Below are positions 1 to 9,143 of a stretch of 64,000 bases of DNA, piece after piece. The translations under genes and the position numbers were made by a program. The notes beneath the pieces were generated by a model, which worked only from the letters and a program-made list of their open reading frames with translations, made no database searches and was not told the origin of the DNA. The number at the start of each line of letters is the position of its first letter. Positions within the stretch are counted from its first letter, which is position 1. Origin of the DNA: an uncultured Planctomycetota bacterium (lineage in GTDB: Bacteria > Planctomycetota > Phycisphaerae > SM23-33); the NCBI GenBank assembly GCA_903892515.1, contig CAITIS010000057.1, positions 143,067-207,066 on the forward strand, written 5' to 3'.

Positions 1-1
1 G

Positions 2-586
2 CTTGAAGACCCGATCGAGTACATGTTTCAGCACCAAAAGAGCGTCATCGAGCAGCGCGAAATCGGCCTGGACAGCGTAAGTTTCGGCTCGGCATTGCGG
101 CACGTGGTGCGGCAGCGCCCTGACGTTGTGCTTATCGGCGAGATGCGGGATTTGGAGACGGTGTCGGCCGCCCTGACGGCGGTGGAGACGGGGCATCTGG
201 TGCTGGCCACGCTGCACACCAGCTCGGCCGTGCAGACGGTGGACCGGATCATCGACATCTTCCCGGCCGCCCAGCAGGCCCAAGTGCGCGTGCAGTTGTC
301 GAGCTGCCTGCAAGGCATCACCTGCCAGCGGCTCTTTCGCGACGCGTTGAATCACGCCCTGGTGCCGGCGGCGGAAATTCTCGTGCCGACGCAGGCCATT
401 CGCCGGGCCATTCGCGACGGCGAGACGCACCTGCTGACCAGCATGATCGAGACCGGCAAAACCCTGGGCATGCAGACGATGGACATGGCCATGAGCGACC
501 TGGTGCGGACCGGCCGGATCAACGCCCAGGACGCCGTGTTGTTCGCCCAGGACCCTGAAAAGATGCGCCGCCACCTGGCGGCATAG
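2..586 (+). CDS. pilT: Type IV pilus retraction ATPase PilT/PilU family, 5'-truncated by the window edge
   Basis: Frame is open from base 2: LEDPIEY (Asp box), RQRPDVVLIGEMRD (Walker B), ETGHLVLATLHT (His box), AIRRAIR, GMQTMD; directly upstream of pilC. Confidence 0.9.
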   Translation, partial: LEDPIEYMFQHQKSVIEQREIGLDSVSFGSALRHVVRQRPDVVLIGEMRDLETVSAALTAVETGHLVLATLHTSSAVQTVDRIIDIFPAAQQAQVRVQLSSCLQGITCQRLFRDALNHALVPAAEILVPTQAIRRAIRDGETHLLTSMIETGKTLGMQTMDMAMSDLVRTGRINAQDAVLFAQDPEKMRRHLAA

Positions 587-597
587 GAGGCGCAGAT

Positions 598-1830
598 ATG
601 CCGCGCTTTGCGTATCAGGTTCGAGACAATCGAGGCAGTTGCAGCAAGGGCGTGCTGAAGGCTCCCAACGCCGATGATGCCGCTCGCCAACTCCGCAGCG
701 ACGGCGGCGTGATCCTGGAACTCCAGGAGCAGCGTCCCGGCGCCGCGCCGGCCGGTGCGCCCAAGAGCGTGGGGCTGTTCGGCCCGCCGCCCGTCAAGCG
801 CGACGACATCATCTTCTTTGCCAACCAGTTGGCGATCATGGTCGATACCGGCGTGCCGTTGTCGGATGCACTGGACGCAATCTATCAGCAGACCACCAGC
901 CTGGGCTTACGGGCCGTGCTGGAGGATGTGAACGAGCAGGTGCGGGGCGGCATGGAATTCTCGCGGGCACTGGCCCGGCATCCCAAGTCCTTCGAGCAGT
1001 TGTTCGTCTCGATGGTGCGGGCCTCCGAGGCCACCGGCACGCTGGGCAAGATGCTCCAGCGCGTGGCCGGGTACTTAGAGCAGCAGCGGCAGTTGCGCAA
1101 GCGGGTCAAGGGCGCGATGGCGTACCCGGTGATGATGCTGGTCTTCTGCATCTTCATCGTGGTGGGCATGCTGATCTTCATTTTGCCGCGATTCGAAAAG
1201 ATCTACGCCGGCAAGAAGGCGGCGCTGCCCGTCCCGACGCAGTTTCTGCTGTCCGTCAGCAACGGCTTGATCAATCACTGGGGACTCATCCTGGGCCTGC
1301 TGGTCGCCGCCATCGCGGGCATCATCGTGGCCGCCAGGACCGACAAGGGCAAAGACTGGGCCGACGCCGTGCGACTGAACACGCCCATATTGGGCAACAT
1401 GGCGCGCAAGGCCGCGTTGGCGCGCAGCCTGCGCACCCTGGCCACCATGGTCGCCAGCGGCGTGTCCGTGCTGGAGGGGTTGGACATCACCAGCGAAGTG
1501 GCCGGCAGCCTGCGTTTCGCCCGAATGTGGCGCGGACTGATCGATGAACTTAAGCAGGGCAGCGCCCTGGCCGATGAGCTGTACGACTGCAAGCTCATGC
1601 CTCAGAGCATTACGCAGATGGTGGCGGCCGGCGAGCGCACCGGCAAGCTGGGCACCGTGCTGGATCGCGTGGCCACATTCTGCGAGGAGGATCTCGATAT
1701 CACCATCCGCACGGTCACCAGCTTCATCGAACCCGTGATGATCATGATCATGGGCGTGGTGGTCGGCGGCATTGCCATGGCGCTACTGTTGCCTGTCTTC
1801 TCGATCTCCAAGGTGATGGCAGGCCGGTAG
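598..1830 (+). CDS. pilC: Type IV pilus / T2SS inner-membrane platform protein (PilC/GspF)
   Basis: MPRFAYQVRD start, FANQLAIMVDTGVPL, two GspF repeats, GERTGKL, IEPVMI; AGGAGG RBS. Confidence 0.93.
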   Translation: MPRFAYQVRDNRGSCSKGVLKAPNADDAARQLRSDGGVILELQEQRPGAAPAGAPKSVGLFGPPPVKRDDIIFFANQLAIMVDTGVPLSDALDAIYQQTTSLGLRAVLEDVNEQVRGGMEFSRALARHPKSFEQLFVSMVRASEATGTLGKMLQRVAGYLEQQRQLRKRVKGAMAYPVMMLVFCIFIVVGMLIFILPRFEKIYAGKKAALPVPTQFLLSVSNGLINHWGLILGLLVAAIAGIIVAARTDKGKDWADAVRLNTPILGNMARKAALARSLRTLATMVASGVSVLEGLDITSEVAGSLRFARMWRGLIDELKQGSALADELYDCKLMPQSITQMVAAGERTGKLGTVLDRVATFCEEDLDITIRTVTSFIEPVMIMIMGVVVGGIAMALLLPVFSISKVMAGR

Positions 1831-1920
1831 GGCGAGCGAAATACTTACGGGCTGACGCAGGGCTTGGCGGCGGTTGCATCGCCCGAGCCTGGCGAATTCG
1901 CCCAGACAGTCTTACTAGGG

Positions 1921-1972
1921 GCGGGAGTCAGTGGCGGCGCTGTTTGGCCAAGACTGGCTCCCGCTTTTGTTT
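1921..1972 (+). terminator. Probable intrinsic terminator of pilT-pilC
   Basis: GCGGGAGTCAGT...ACTGGCTCCCGC stem followed by TTTTGTTT. Confidence 0.55.
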
Positions 1973-2157
1973 TGCGCCCTTCCCGCCAGTGCGATCAGCA
2001 ATAGACCACAAAGGCACGAAGGCCGGATCACAAAGGTCACAAAGAGAAACCGGGATGCATTCGTGAACAGGTTTGCAGTGTCATGCTCGCGTGGCTCTGT
2101 GTTCAGGCTTCTGATAGTCGAGCATCGGTGACCGCCCATTGGGTAGTGTGGGCATGC

Positions 2158-2325
2158 AGCCCGAAGGGCTGAAAGGCTACAGCCTGGGGCAACGCCCCAG
2201 GTGAAGATGCGTTGCCCAGCCAAGCCCTGAAAGGGCGCGACAGGCAAAGCTATCCCGCCTTTCAAGGCCGAAAGTTCGGCATCTCTGACAACCCAGGGCG
2301 GCGCCTCGTCTTGGCTTGGGCTAGA
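2158..2325. repeat. REP-like palindromic element, 'GCCCTGAAAGGGC...ACCCAGGGCGGCGC' family
   Basis: Related copies at about 4950-5145 and, more diverged, about 14118-14300. Confidence 0.65.
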
Positions 2326-2453
2326 GCGGCGAGGTTTGTGTGTGTATATGCATCGGTTGGCACAGGCCTTCCAGCCTGTGCGGCACAGCCTGAAAGGCCG
2401 TGCCACCTGTAGCCATGCAAGCCTAATCGGCTCTCAGGGGTCCGGCAAAGTCA

Positions 2454-2489
2454 TTGACGTGAGAACTGCCGAAACGTACAATTGGTACG
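2454..2489 (+). promoter_or_regulatory. Sigma70 promoter with overlapping palindromic operator for the TA operon
   Basis: TTGACG-N17-TACAAT; CGTAC-AATTG-GTACG inverted repeat over the -10, typical of type II TA autoregulation. Confidence 0.7.
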
Positions 2490-2513
2490 AACAAGCAGAT
2501 TGGAGCGTGTCTC

Positions 2514-2756
2514 ATGACAACTGTGCCTATCAGTGAAGCCCGCGAACACTTGTCCGACCTGGGCAATCGCGTGTCCTTGCGCGGGGAACGCGTGGTTGTG
2601 GAGCGGCGGGGCAAGAACCTGTTTGCCCTGGTCCCGGTGGAAGACGTGGAATTGCTGGAACGGCTGGAAGATGTGCTGGATCTCGATGCGATTCGCGCCG
2701 CCAAACACGAGCCCACGATTTCCCTGGCCAAACTCAAGAAGGAACTCGGTCTGTAG
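2514..2756 (+). CDS. Phd/YefM family antitoxin
   Basis: MTTVPISEAREHLSDL...GERVVVERRGK...ALVPVED, acidic C-terminus; its stop abuts the toxin ATG. Confidence 0.9.
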   Translation: MTTVPISEAREHLSDLGNRVSLRGERVVVERRGKNLFALVPVEDVELLERLEDVLDLDAIRAAKHEPTISLAKLKKELGL

Positions 2757-3020
2757 ATGTCGTATCGCGTGGAAATCAAAAAGTCGGCACAGAAGCAGGT
2801 TGCCGCCTTGGCGCGAATCGACCAGCGGCGGGTGATTGCCGCCATCGCGGGCTTGGCCGATGTTCCGCGGCCAGAAGGGGCGCGAAAGATCGTCGGGGCT
2901 CAGGATGCTTATCGGATCCGAGTCGGCGACTACCGCATTGTGTATGAGATTGTCAAGCGAGTCTTGACCGTTTACGTCGTTCGTGTCGCGCATCGTAAGG
3001 ACGTCTACAAAGGGTTGTGA
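2757..3020 (+). CDS. RelE/ParE family toxin
   Basis: MSYRVEIKKSAQK...PRPEGARKI...YRIRVGDYRIVYEI...VAHRKDVY. Confidence 0.92.
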   Translation: MSYRVEIKKSAQKQVAALARIDQRRVIAAIAGLADVPRPEGARKIVGAQDAYRIRVGDYRIVYEIVKRVLTVYVVRVAHRKDVYKGL

Positions 3021-3094
3021 TGGCCTCAGGCCAGCGAGTGCGCCTCGGCTCGGAAGAGTGTGGCGTGCTCAGGCGAATCTGGTCTAATGCGGCC

Positions 3095-4414
3095 ATGACT
3101 TCTCAAGACGCTACTCTCTACGGCAGTACCTTTGCGTGTCCGTGCGGCAAGACTCATACCATCCGGCCTGAGCGCATCATCTACGATCGCGACGCGCTGA
3201 CGCAGCTGGGTCCGCTGGCCCGGCAGCACGCCAAGGGCGATTCGGCGTCGGTGGTGTATGACGCCCGCACCGCCGCCGTGGCCGGAGTCGCGGCCGCCGA
3301 TGCACTGGCCGGAGAGGGCTTTCGCGTCAAGCGCGTGCTGCTGGCGGACCCCAAGCCCGGCCACAGCCCCGTGTGCGACGACCTCACCTTTGCCACGCTG
3401 ACGCAGCAGGTGGGCTGGGCCGACGTGATCGTGCCTGTGGGCAGCGGCGTGATCAGCGACTTTGGCAAGATGCTGGCCGACGAGCGGAAAGTGGCCTCGA
3501 TCTGTGTCGCCACAGCCGGCAGCATGAACGGTTACGCCTCGGCCAACGTGGCGCTGACGGTAGGGGGGCTAAAGACGCTGCTGCACTCCAACGCCGCCGC
3601 GGCAGTGCTGGCCCGCCCGGATGATATCGCAAACGCCCCATACGAAATGACCGTCGCGGGCTTAGGCGACGTGCTGGCCAAGCCGGTCAGCTCGGCCGAC
3701 TGGCGGATGAATCACCTGCTCTTTGGCGATTACTACTGCCAGCGTTCCGTGGACCTGATCGCGCAGATCGAGCCGAAGTACCTCAACGACCCGCTGGGCA
3801 TTCTCGCCCGCCGGCCTGAGAGCATCGCGGCGCTGTTCGAGGCGCTGCTGCTGACGGGCGTGGCCATGACCATGGCCGAGAGTTCCGCCCCTGCCAGCGG
3901 CGGCGAGCACATGATCTCGCACACGCTGGATATGAAGAGCCACCTGCTGGGCCGCCAGCACGATCTGCATGGCCGGCAGGTGGGCGTGGGCACAACGCTG
4001 GCGGCCGAGATCTACCGGCGGGTGCTGGCCATCGACAGCCCGCGCTGGCGGCTGTCCGATCGCGGCGTGGACGGGGGCTTCTGGGGCCCGCTGGCCGATG
4101 CCGCCCGACAAGAGTATCAAGCCAAGGTGCCGCGACTTGGCCGGGCCGTCGAATCGCTGAGTCACGGCGGCACGTGGGATGCCCTGCGGAGGGAGCTTTC
4201 GCCCATGCTGCACGGGCCAGAGAAAATCCACAACTGCCTGGCGCAGGCACGCGGGGCGACGAAGGCGGCCGACCTGGGCTGTACGAAAGACCTGCTGCTG
4301 GAGTGCCTGCTGCATGCCCACGAATTCCGCAGCCGCTTCACGATACTTGACCTGGCCATCCTGGCCGGCGTGCTGCCCGGACAGGCAGGCGAGATCGTCG
4401 AGCAGTGGGCGTAG
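3095..4414 (+). CDS. sn-glycerol-1-phosphate dehydrogenase (EgsA/AraM-like)
   Basis: N-terminal CPCGKTH, VGSGVISDFGK, TAGSMNGYAS, AGLGDVLAK, SAPASGGEHMISH, LHGRQVGVG. Confidence 0.8.
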   Translation: MTSQDATLYGSTFACPCGKTHTIRPERIIYDRDALTQLGPLARQHAKGDSASVVYDARTAAVAGVAAADALAGEGFRVKRVLLADPKPGHSPVCDDLTFATLTQQVGWADVIVPVGSGVISDFGKMLADERKVASICVATAGSMNGYASANVALTVGGLKTLLHSNAAAAVLARPDDIANAPYEMTVAGLGDVLAKPVSSADWRMNHLLFGDYYCQRSVDLIAQIEPKYLNDPLGILARRPESIAALFEALLLTGVAMTMAESSAPASGGEHMISHTLDMKSHLLGRQHDLHGRQVGVGTTLAAEIYRRVLAIDSPRWRLSDRGVDGGFWGPLADAARQEYQAKVPRLGRAVESLSHGGTWDALRRELSPMLHGPEKIHNCLAQARGATKAADLGCTKDLLLECLLHAHEFRSRFTILDLAILAGVLPGQAGEIVEQWA

Positions 4415-4509
4415 GTAGGTCAAGTGTCGCGGGCGTCTCGCCCGCGCAAGCAATGCCGCGGTACTGATGGTCCCCAAACGCGGGCGAGACTCTCGCAGCC
4501 CAAGGGCGC

Positions 4510-4545
4510 AAAAAAAGGCCTCCACCGGTAGCCGATGGGAAGCCA
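4510..4545 (-). terminator. Intrinsic terminator on the minus strand
   Basis: Minus strand GGCTTCCCATCGG-CTA-CCGGTGGAGGCC-TTTTTTT. Confidence 0.75.
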
Positions 4546-4686
4546 TTTAGAAGAACCCTTTACGTTGATGGGGTTGGCTCACATACCGGCCAGTGGCTGG
4601 TACTGATTCGCCATCCTCGAACGGGTTGTCGGTTCTTTATAATCGCTTCTCTGTCGTGCTTGGCAGAGGCAAAGTTCGTGTCGCTA
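4510..4686 (-). ncRNA. Candidate stand-alone structured small RNA
   Basis: TATAAT at 4697-4692 (minus), nested hairpins, T7 terminator, no convincing ORF; family not recognised. Confidence 0.35.
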
Positions 4687-5233
4687 TGTGTATTATACCC
4701 GCGACTGTTTGAACTATCGGACAGCGCTACGCAAAGCTTGAATTGTCAGCGGCTTGGAGATGCGATTTTTCTTCGGGGCTCTTTGGCGGCGGGCGCAAGA
4801 GGGCCCGATGCTCGCGCACAACACATTTTGCGGACCGTACTTCCCACAATTCGCCGCGGGCCCGCCTCGGCAAGCAACGGGGCAAACCTACGGACAAGTC
4901 CCGCACAATGATCCTCAGATAAAACGACCCCGAGGTCAGAAACCACGCGAGCCTGAAAGGCTCAGAGAATACAGCCCAGGGCAAGCGCAGCGACGCCCTG
5001 GGTTGGCAGGGTGTGACGACTCAGCCCTGCAAGGGCGGGAGAGCTTTGCCTCTCGCGCCCTTTCAGGGCTGAGTCCAAGAGATATCGTCACCCAGGGCGG
5101 CGCTTCGCTCTGCCCTGGGCTGTATTGTGCCAGCCCTTCGGGCTGAGGAGACGTGACTTAGGGCCCATCGGGAAGCCCATGTGTCGGGAAGCCCATGTGT
5201 CCGGGCTGCCCATCTGTCCACCCGCCGTACGCC

Positions 5234-5360
5234 CTAGCAGCCCGTTGAAGAACGTAGCACGGGCGTCTCGCCCGTGGTTCAACAACGCGAAAGTGGCCGA
5301 AATACTCATGGGCGAGACGCCCATGCTACAACGCCAGGCACTTCTTCAACGGGCTCCTAG
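5234..5360. mobile_element. MITE-like element with terminal inverted repeats enclosing a REP doublet
   Basis: CTAGCAGCCCGTTGAAGAA ... TTCTTCAACGGGCTCCTAG (18/19 inverted), internal GCACGGGCGTCTCGCCCGTG and CATGGGCGAGACGCCCATG hairpins. Confidence 0.6.
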
Positions 5361-5428
5361 GCGCTGCGGGTCTGTATGGCGGAAGTCTCCTCTCGGCGAT
5401 CTCCGCGCTCTCGGCGGTTAATCTCTTC

Positions 5429-7510
5429 TTACGCCCGCAGCTCGGCAGCCAGGCGTTTTTGCGCCGCTGCCAGCACTTGGGCGACGAACGCGTCGGCCTG
5501 CTCGTGTCGCAGCGTTTCGGTGGCGGAGCGATACGTCAGCGTCAGTGTCAGCGACTTCTTGCCCGGCGGCACCTGCTTGCCGCGATACGTGCCGACGTAA
5601 TCCAGCTCTTCCAACTCCGGCTGATTCAGGGCGCGGATCGTCTCGGAGAGTTCCTTCCACGTGACGGCCTCGTCCAGCAGCAGCGACAGGTCGCGGCGGA
5701 TGGGCGGGAATTTCGGCAGCGGGCGATACTTCCACGACATCTCCGCCACGGCCAGCAGGGGCTCTAGCCGAACCATCGCAGCCGAGCAGGGCTGCTCCAG
5801 CCCGTAATAATCCAGCGCCGCCTGGCTGATCATGCCGATGTGCCCAGCCGGCTTGCCGTCGATGGTGAAATTCGCCGCCGCCCCTTCTGCCAAGCCTGCG
5901 ATTTCGGCCGGCGTCACATCCAGCCGCGCCGTGGGCGAAAGCTGGGCCAAGGCCGAGTCCAGCGCGCCGCGAATGTGCGTGGCGCTGCGCTGGCTCAAAA
6001 TGGCCAGGCCGGTGTATTCGTCGGGCAGGTCGTCGGCGGTGGCGTGGGGCTTGGGCGGGAACACGGAGGCGATCTCGTACAGGTTCACGTCGGTGTTGCC
6101 CACGTCCTGGTTATTCTTGGCCACGCGCAGCAGCGAGCACAGCAGCGTCGGCCGGAGCACGTTGTTGGTCTTGCGGACGCGTTCGTCCACGCAAATCGGC
6201 TGGGCGAACCCGAACAAGCCCGCCTCAGCCGGATCGCAGAAGGTGAAGGTCATGGCCTCGTCGAACCCCGAGGACTCCATCGCCCGCCGCAGCCGGCCAC
6301 GCAGCACCTCTTGCCGCGAGGGCCCGACCACGCGATGCGTCAGCCGGTCGTACAGCGGAATCTTGTCCAGCCCATGCAGGCGGCAGACTTCTTCGATCAG
6401 GTCGATCTCGCGCGACAGGTCGGCGCGGTGGCTGGGGATGGTGCACACGATCTTGCCGGCGTCCATTACGGGCGAAAGGCCCAGGCTCTGGAGCAGCTCA
6501 AGCTGCCGCTCGGCCGGCACGTCGATGCCCAGGATCTTGTTCGTTCGCTCAGGCCTTAGCGCCACCTTGGCGGGCGCGAAAGGCGTGGCCCAGACATCCA
6601 CGACGCCTTCGGCCAGCTGCGGGGGCAGTTGAAAGGTTGCACCTATTGCTCCGCGTTTAGTGGGAACATGGTCAGCCAGTTGCCCGCCGGCCAGTTGCAG
6701 GATGAGTTGGCAGGCCCGGCGCGAGGCGATCTCGACGCCCACGGGATCGACGCCACGCTCGAAACGGTAGCTCGAATCGCTCAGCAGCCCGAGGTTGCGC
6801 GAGGTCTGGCGGATGCTCATGGGATCGAACCGGGCCGATTCCAGCAGGACGTTGACGGTTTTGTCGCCGATCTCGCTCTCCAGCCCGCCCATGATGCCCG
6901 CCACGGCCACGGGGTGCGCGGCGTCGGCGATGACGAGCATGGCCGGATTCAGTTCGCAGCGCGAGCCATCGATGCTGACGATCTGCTCACCGGCTTTGGC
7001 GCGGCGGACGACGATGCGGCCTTCAGAGAGCCGGTCCATGTCGAACGAGTGCAGCGGCTGGCTGTATTCGAGCATGACGTAGTTGGTCACGTCGACGATG
7101 TTGTTGACGCTGCGCAGGCCGACGGCTTGCAGGCGATCGACCATCCACGCCGGCGAGGGCCCCACGCGTACGCCGCGGATTACGCGGGCGGTGTATCGCG
7201 GGCACAGGTCGGCATCGAGCACCTGCACGCTGGTCAGTTCGGCCGCGGTGGGCTTGGCCGCCTTGAGGCCCGACAGGTCCGGCTGGCTGAGCGGCAAGCC
7301 CAAGGCCGTGGCCAGTTCGCGGGCGATGCCCACGTGGCCCAGGCAGTCGGGGCGGTTGGAGGTAACGTCGAGGTCAAAGACCACGTCGGCGTCGGTCTCG
7401 TCAATGGCGTCGCAGACCAGCCCGATGCGCGTGAGCACGTCGGCGATCTGCTGGGCCGAGTGAGAACCCAGATTCACGTAATCCGTCAGCCAGTTCAGTG
7501 AAACCTTCAT
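5429..7510 (-). CDS. pheT: Phenylalanyl-tRNA synthetase beta subunit (short form lacking the tRNA-binding OB domain)
   Basis: MKVSLNWL, DVTSNRPDCL, B3/4 (NNIVDVTNYVMLEYSQPLH, RFERGVD), B5 (REIDLIEEV), C-terminal FDX-ACB (RRDLS...GKKSL). Confidence 0.97.
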   Translation of the reverse strand: MKVSLNWLTDYVNLGSHSAQQIADVLTRIGLVCDAIDETDADVVFDLDVTSNRPDCLGHVGIARELATALGLPLSQPDLSGLKAAKPTAAELTSVQVLDADLCPRYTARVIRGVRVGPSPAWMVDRLQAVGLRSVNNIVDVTNYVMLEYSQPLHSFDMDRLSEGRIVVRRAKAGEQIVSIDGSRCELNPAMLVIADAAHPVAVAGIMGGLESEIGDKTVNVLLESARFDPMSIRQTSRNLGLLSDSSYRFERGVDPVGVEIASRRACQLILQLAGGQLADHVPTKRGAIGATFQLPPQLAEGVVDVWATPFAPAKVALRPERTNKILGIDVPAERQLELLQSLGLSPVMDAGKIVCTIPSHRADLSREIDLIEEVCRLHGLDKIPLYDRLTHRVVGPSRQEVLRGRLRRAMESSGFDEAMTFTFCDPAEAGLFGFAQPICVDERVRKTNNVLRPTLLCSLLRVAKNNQDVGNTDVNLYEIASVFPPKPHATADDLPDEYTGLAILSQRSATHIRGALDSALAQLSPTARLDVTPAEIAGLAEGAAANFTIDGKPAGHIGMISQAALDYYGLEQPCSAAMVRLEPLLAVAEMSWKYRPLPKFPPIRRDLSLLLDEAVTWKELSETIRALNQPELEELDYVGTYRGKQVPPGKKSLTLTLTYRSATETLRHEQADAFVAQVLAAAQKRLAAELRA

Positions 7511-7672
7511 GGTGCGTTCCTGCGATCAAGGGCCTTGTGGCGCGTCGCGCCATGTGCATTCCTGCTCACGGCAAGCAGGCGTATCGTATCGCCGGAGGGC
7601 GGGTTTGGCCAATACGAAGAGGCCCGGGGAAATGTGAACGCGGCAGGCGTGGGGGGCGGAGCCGGAGTATTT

Positions 7673-7765
7673 GTAGGGTGGGCCGGAGCCCCGAAAGGGC
7701 GAGTCCCACCGACGGTCGGCTGACCGTCCGGTGGGGCTCGTCGCTTCGCTCCTCGGCCCACGCTA
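7673..7765. repeat. GTAG-type REP doublet
   Basis: GTAGGGTGGGCC...GGCCCACGCTAC; related copy at about 19661-19716. Confidence 0.6.
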
Positions 7766-7773
7766 CAAGAGTC

Positions 7774-8100
7774 CTACATACCGGTCGGAGGCGTTGGCGG
7801 CGTGGTCGTGGTGCTGCTGCCGGCGCCGCACTGGCGGTCGCGGATATCCACCAGCACGTCCAGGATGCGGAAGATCACGATGATCAGCTCGCACTGCACG
7901 CGAATGACGATCGGGCCGACCAGCAACACGATCAGCCCTGTCAATACCATGCCCCCGCCCCCGCCGGAGTGGCTGGCCAAGCCGCCGATAATGCCGATCA
8001 ACCCCGAGACTGTTGTGATCACGACGCCGATCCAGAACAGCACCTGGATGATGACGGGGGTAATCATCTTCTTGAAGCTGCAGCATTCCTGTAAGTTCAT
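7774..8100 (-). CDS. Small membrane protein, DUF4282-like
   Basis: SFKKMITPVIIQVLFWIG...IRVQCELIIVIFRI; two TM helices; AAGGAA RBS before ATG 8100. Confidence 0.8.
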   Translation of the reverse strand: MNLQECCSFKKMITPVIIQVLFWIGVVITTVSGLIGIIGGLASHSGGGGGMVLTGLIVLLVGPIVIRVQCELIIVIFRILDVLVDIRDRQCGAGSSTTTTPPTPPTGM

Positions 8101-8173
8101 AACGTTTCCTTTCACTTGGTTGGCGAATTGTAGAAGTGTAGCGCTATGATAATCCACGCAACGTCCGGCAAAT

Positions 8174-9082
8174 TCAAGCGATAAGTGAATCGAACACTGG
8201 CTCGACGGCGATGTTTTCGAGCCGCTCAGCTGAGATAACGCGGACATTCTGGCCACGCGGGGCGAAGTGAATCGGGCTGGTGGGGCCGAAGATGGCGACG
8301 GTCTTGGCCCCGATGGCCGCAGCCAGGTGAGATGGGCCGCTGTCGTTGCCGACGAAGCCGGCGCACTGCGCCAGCACGCCGGCCAGAACCTCCACAGGCG
8401 GGCAGGACAGCAGGGGAGCGTCGCCCGCCAAGGCCGCGATCTTTTCGGGCCCCCACCAATCAAGTTCCGTCGGGCCGACGAGCCAGAGCACGGCATGCCG
8501 CTGCGCCAGCCCGCGGGAAAGCTCGGCGAACCTGTCCATGGGCCAGCATTTGCTGCCGGCCCCGGCCCCGGGATGAATGACGAAGAGCTTTCGGCCGGGT
8601 GCCACGCCGGCGCGACTAATCTGCTCACGGGCCAGCGCTTGCCAGGTGCGCGGAACTTGCCAGTGCGGCGGCGGGGCGAAGGGCACGTTCACTTGCTGCG
8701 CCCAACACTCGACCAGATGGCCGGGGAAATTCGACGGCGGGCGGATCGGCAGGAAATGGGCTCTTGCAGCCTGGGTAATTTCGATCAGCCGCAACCGGGC
8801 AGCGGGGGCATCGCCGGCAAAGCAACTGATGAGGCAATCGCAGTGGCCAAGACGATCTTTCAAGCCTGCCATCTGATTGGGCTCAGGATCGGCTGACCGG
8901 AACAGCTCGTGCATGGGCAGGGATTCAAAGTCGCTGGCCGCAGCGACGACGCCCAGCCCGTGCAGCAGCCGGCCCTTCTCTCGGCCAGCGACCAGGCGGA
9001 CGCATCCGCCCAGCCCTTGCAGGAACTGGCCAAACAAGATCACGTCGCCCAACGCACCGGGATGGATGGCCAGGATTTCCAT
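8174..9082 (-). CDS. Glycosyltransferase family 9 (LPS heptosyltransferase-like)
   Basis: IHPGALGDVIL, IHPGAGAGSKCWP, FVGNDSGPSHLAAAIG, IFGPT. Confidence 0.9.
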   Translation of the reverse strand: MEILAIHPGALGDVILFGQFLQGLGGCVRLVAGREKGRLLHGLGVVAAASDFESLPMHELFRSADPEPNQMAGLKDRLGHCDCLISCFAGDAPAARLRLIEITQAARAHFLPIRPPSNFPGHLVECWAQQVNVPFAPPPHWQVPRTWQALAREQISRAGVAPGRKLFVIHPGAGAGSKCWPMDRFAELSRGLAQRHAVLWLVGPTELDWWGPEKIAALAGDAPLLSCPPVEVLAGVLAQCAGFVGNDSGPSHLAAAIGAKTVAIFGPTSPIHFAPRGQNVRVISAERLENIAVEPVFDSLIA

Positions 9083-9143
9083 TGGTTGAAACGGGTGCCC
9101 CAAGTGGGTGCCATAGTTTGAAACGGCTGCCATAGTTTGAAGC

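Noticed and set aside
4725-4900. c-di-GMP-I riboswitch (GCAAAGC and GGCAAACC motifs)
   Set aside because: The motifs are in the wrong order and spacing, there is no GNRA-capped P2 stem and no downstream gene
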